From: Pseudomonadota bacterium
GTDB taxonomy: Bacteria; Myxococcota; Myxococcia; Myxococcales; Vulgatibacteraceae
Assembly: GCA_023436385.1 (NCBI GenBank)
Contig: JAEZJH010000582.1
Span: 1 to 41,490 of the forward strand
Reading direction: 5' to 3'
Length of the DNA: 41,490 nt
Shown: in pieces, positions 39,824 through 41,490 of the stretch
How the letters are laid out: the number at the start of each line of letters is the position of its first letter
Numbering within the stretch: position 1 is the first letter of the stretch
Program-made: the position numbers and the translations under genes
Notes under the pieces: model-generated
The model's database searches: none
The model's input: only the letters and a program-made list of their open reading frames with translations
Told to the model about the DNA's origin: nothing

Positions 39824-40533
39824 CCGGCCACCCCGGGACCCGCCCCGTCACCCCCGGCGAGCGCGACCGCGCCCTCTCGATGGTCGAGGCCGGGTGGTCG
39901 CTCGAGGATATGCGAGCCGCGCTGGGGCGCTCGCGATCGTGGTGTCACTCGATCCGCAAGCAGGCGCGAGCGGGCGCGCGATCGATCCCTGGTGTATCGG
40001 CACACGAGGAGCGCGAGATCGAGCGGCTGACGCGGCTGGGCTACTCCGCGCCGTGGATCGGCTGGATCCTCGACCGCGACCCCACGGAGATCATCCGGCT
40101 CCGGCGGATGCGGGGGTGGGTTGCCGACCCGGCGCAGCCCCGGCGCACGCATCATCCGCCGGTAGGCGTGCTGCCGTGGGGGCAGTGGGAATCGCAGACG
40201 TTCGCGGCCAAGCAGGCGCGACAGACGCCCAAGCGTGTCGCGCTGCCGGTGATCCGCGATACGTCAGACCCGCTACCGGTCGAGGCTTCGAGACGAGAGG
40301 CCCCGCGCGAGCGCGACATCTGGTGTCGGCGCGCGGATGCGTGCCTCGACCTCGTGATCGCCCACAACGAGCGGGTCGGCGTCGACTCGCGATGGGAGGG
40401 CTTCTCCTGCCGGGCGTGCTCGATTCGTGGCACCGACCAGGAGGACACCGCCGGGCGGCTGCGGGGCCTCGCCCTCGCCCGGGAATGGCTCGAGACGCGG
40501 CAGGGACGGCCCGACCACGGGGGCGAGGAGTGA
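39820..40533 (+). CDS. DNA-binding protein with two HTH-like segments and a C-terminal 4-Cys domain
   Basis: TPGERDRALSMVEAGWSLEDMRAALGRSRSWCHSIRK and EEREIERLTRLGYSAPWIGWILDRDPTEIIRLRR. The C-terminal DIWCRRADACL...WEGFSCRAC is paralogous to 564..992. Confidence 0.55.
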   Translation: MTGHPGTRPVTPGERDRALSMVEAGWSLEDMRAALGRSRSWCHSIRKQARAGARSIPGVSAHEEREIERLTRLGYSAPWIGWILDRDPTEIIRLRRMRGWVADPAQPRRTHHPPVGVLPWGQWESQTFAAKQARQTPKRVALPVIRDTSDPLPVEASRREAPRERDIWCRRADACLDLVIAHNERVGVDSRWEGFSCRACSIRGTDQEDTAGRLRGLALAREWLETRQGRPDHGGEE

Positions 40534-41490
40534 GCCGCCAGATCCTCCGGCCCTACCAGGCCGACGCCCTTGAGGGGATCCGCGAGGAGCTGCGCGGCGG
40601 GCGGCGAAGGGTGCTGCTGGTGTCGCCTACCGGGAGCGGGAAGACGACGATCGCCGCGGAGATGGTGCGGTCGGCTGTCTCGCGCGGGAACCGGGTCTTG
40701 TTTCTCGCCCACCGCAAGGAGCTGATCGACCAGTGCTCCGCGCGGCTCGACGGGTGCTCCGTCCCGCACGGCGTCATCATGGCCGGGCACCCCAGGTATC
40801 AGCCTCTCGAGCCGGTGCAGGTGGCTTCGATTCCGACGCTGGTTCGGCGCGAGCCACCCCCGGCCGATCTGGTCGTGTTGGACGAGGCGCACCACGCCCG
40901 CGCGCGCACCTACGAGCGGATCCTCGAGCACTACCCGAGGGCGCCGGTAGTGGGGCTGTCGGCTACGCCCTGGCGCATCGACGGCAAGGGCCTGGGCGAG
41001 CTGTTCGAGGCTGTCGTCGTCGCGGCGCGGGTGCGATCGCTGATCGAGGCCGGGCACCTCGTCTCATACAGCGGCTTCGCCTACGACCATCCGTCGCTCG
41101 CTTCGGTGGACAAGCGGGGCAGCGACTACGACCAGCGCGGCCTCGAGCTCGTCATGGGCGGGCGCAAGCTGATCGGCAACATCGTCGGGCAGTGGCAGAG
41201 ACACGCCTCGAACGCACGCACCGTCGTCTTCGCCTGCACCGTGGCCCACAGCAGGGAGGTGGTCGAGCGCTTCCGGGCCGCTGGCGTCACTGCCGAGCAC
41301 CTGGACGGCGAGACACCGAAGGAGGAGCGGGCGGCGATCCTCGCCCGTCTCGCCTCGGGCCGAACCCGCGTCGTCTCGAACGTCGCCGTGCTCACCGAGG
41401 GCTGGGACTGCCCGGCCGTCGAGGTCTGTATCCTCGCACGCCCCACGCTCTCCGTGGGCCTCTACCTGCAAATGGTCGGGCGGGTGTTGC
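40530..41490 (+). CDS. SF2 DEAD/DEAH-box helicase, N-terminal part (runs off the contig end and continues at 1..567; about 466 aa in total)
   Basis: GTG at 40530 overlaps the upstream TGA. LRPYQ is a Q-motif region, SPTGSGKT is motif I and LDEAHH is motif II. No stop before 41490. Confidence 0.9.
   Translation, partial: MSRQILRPYQADALEGIREELRGGRRRVLLVSPTGSGKTTIAAEMVRSAVSRGNRVLFLAHRKELIDQCSARLDGCSVPHGVIMAGHPRYQPLEPVQVASIPTLVRREPPPADLVVLDEAHHARARTYERILEHYPRAPVVGLSATPWRIDGKGLGELFEAVVVAARVRSLIEAGHLVSYSGFAYDHPSLASVDKRGSDYDQRGLELVMGGRKLIGNIVGQWQRHASNARTVVFACTVAHSREVVERFRAAGVTAEHLDGETPKEERAAILARLASGRTRVVSNVAVLTEGWDCPAVEVCILARPTLSVGLYLQMVGRVL
41364..41490. repeat. Right copy of the exact 127-bp terminal direct repeat
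   Basis: Identical to 1-127. Confidence 0.95.

Larger units (their letters stand above)
1..41490. mobile_element. Complete temperate tailed-phage genome (HK97-like siphovirus gene order); circular map of 41,363 bp
   Basis: All phage modules are present in one window: immunity switch, replication, HNH-terS-terL, portal-protease-capsid, connectors, tail tube, G/GT chaperone, tape measure, tail tip, lysis cassette and serine integrase. The two ends are an exact 127-bp overlap. Confidence 0.9.

Overview
This window is a complete, high-GC (about two-thirds G+C by eye) temperate tailed-phage genome, linearised inside a helicase gene. Bases 1-127 are identical to 41364-41490, so the real unit is a 41,363-bp circle or circularly assembled genome. 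All functional calls come from reading motifs in the translations; no database search was run.

**Layout**
- **Immunity switch (38.5-39.8 kb):** a lambda-like switch with an XRE/CI-like repressor on the minus strand facing a Cro/YdaS-like gene on the plus strand.
- **Rightward arm (+):** cro-like gene, HTH/4-Cys protein, SF2 DEAH helicase (wraps the contig end), 4-Cys protein, VRR-NUC nuclease and a prim-pol/VirE-like primase. An iteron-like origin candidate and a sigma-region-4-like regulator follow. Next come HNH, terS and terL, then a 2.6-kb seven-gene accessory insert. The HK97-type portal, ClpP-like protease and capsid follow, then connectors, tail tube, G/GT chaperone with a -1 frameshift site, tape measure and tail-tip genes. 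The arm ends with an M15 endolysin, a holin and a spanin-like protein.
- **Leftward arm (-), from a strong PL-like promoter:** small early genes, a Cas4/RecB-like exonuclease, a Sak4-like ATPase, a DUF669-type SSB ending in DDIPF, many small zinc-ribbon proteins and dUTPase. A large serine integrase and five unknown genes next to the probable attP complete the arm.

**Most noteworthy observations**
- About 11 copies of a 9-12-nt motif (tGACACGGATgc) lie in both orientations around a low-GC, purine-rich core just after the primase gene. This is a candidate origin.
- The same 16-bp palindromic operator is embedded in the 18-bp spacers of both early promoters, and the repressor transcript may be leaderless.
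- A cysteine-rich lipoprotein gene sits antisense inside the tail-tip module.
- There are two accessory gene sets of unknown function, one between terL and portal and one between the lysis genes and int/attP.
- Near-identical 21-nt gene-junction cassettes recur in the early-left operon.
- A 4-Cys domain is duplicated on both sides of the helicase gene.

No tRNA, rRNA, CRISPR array, reverse transcriptase or transposase was seen.
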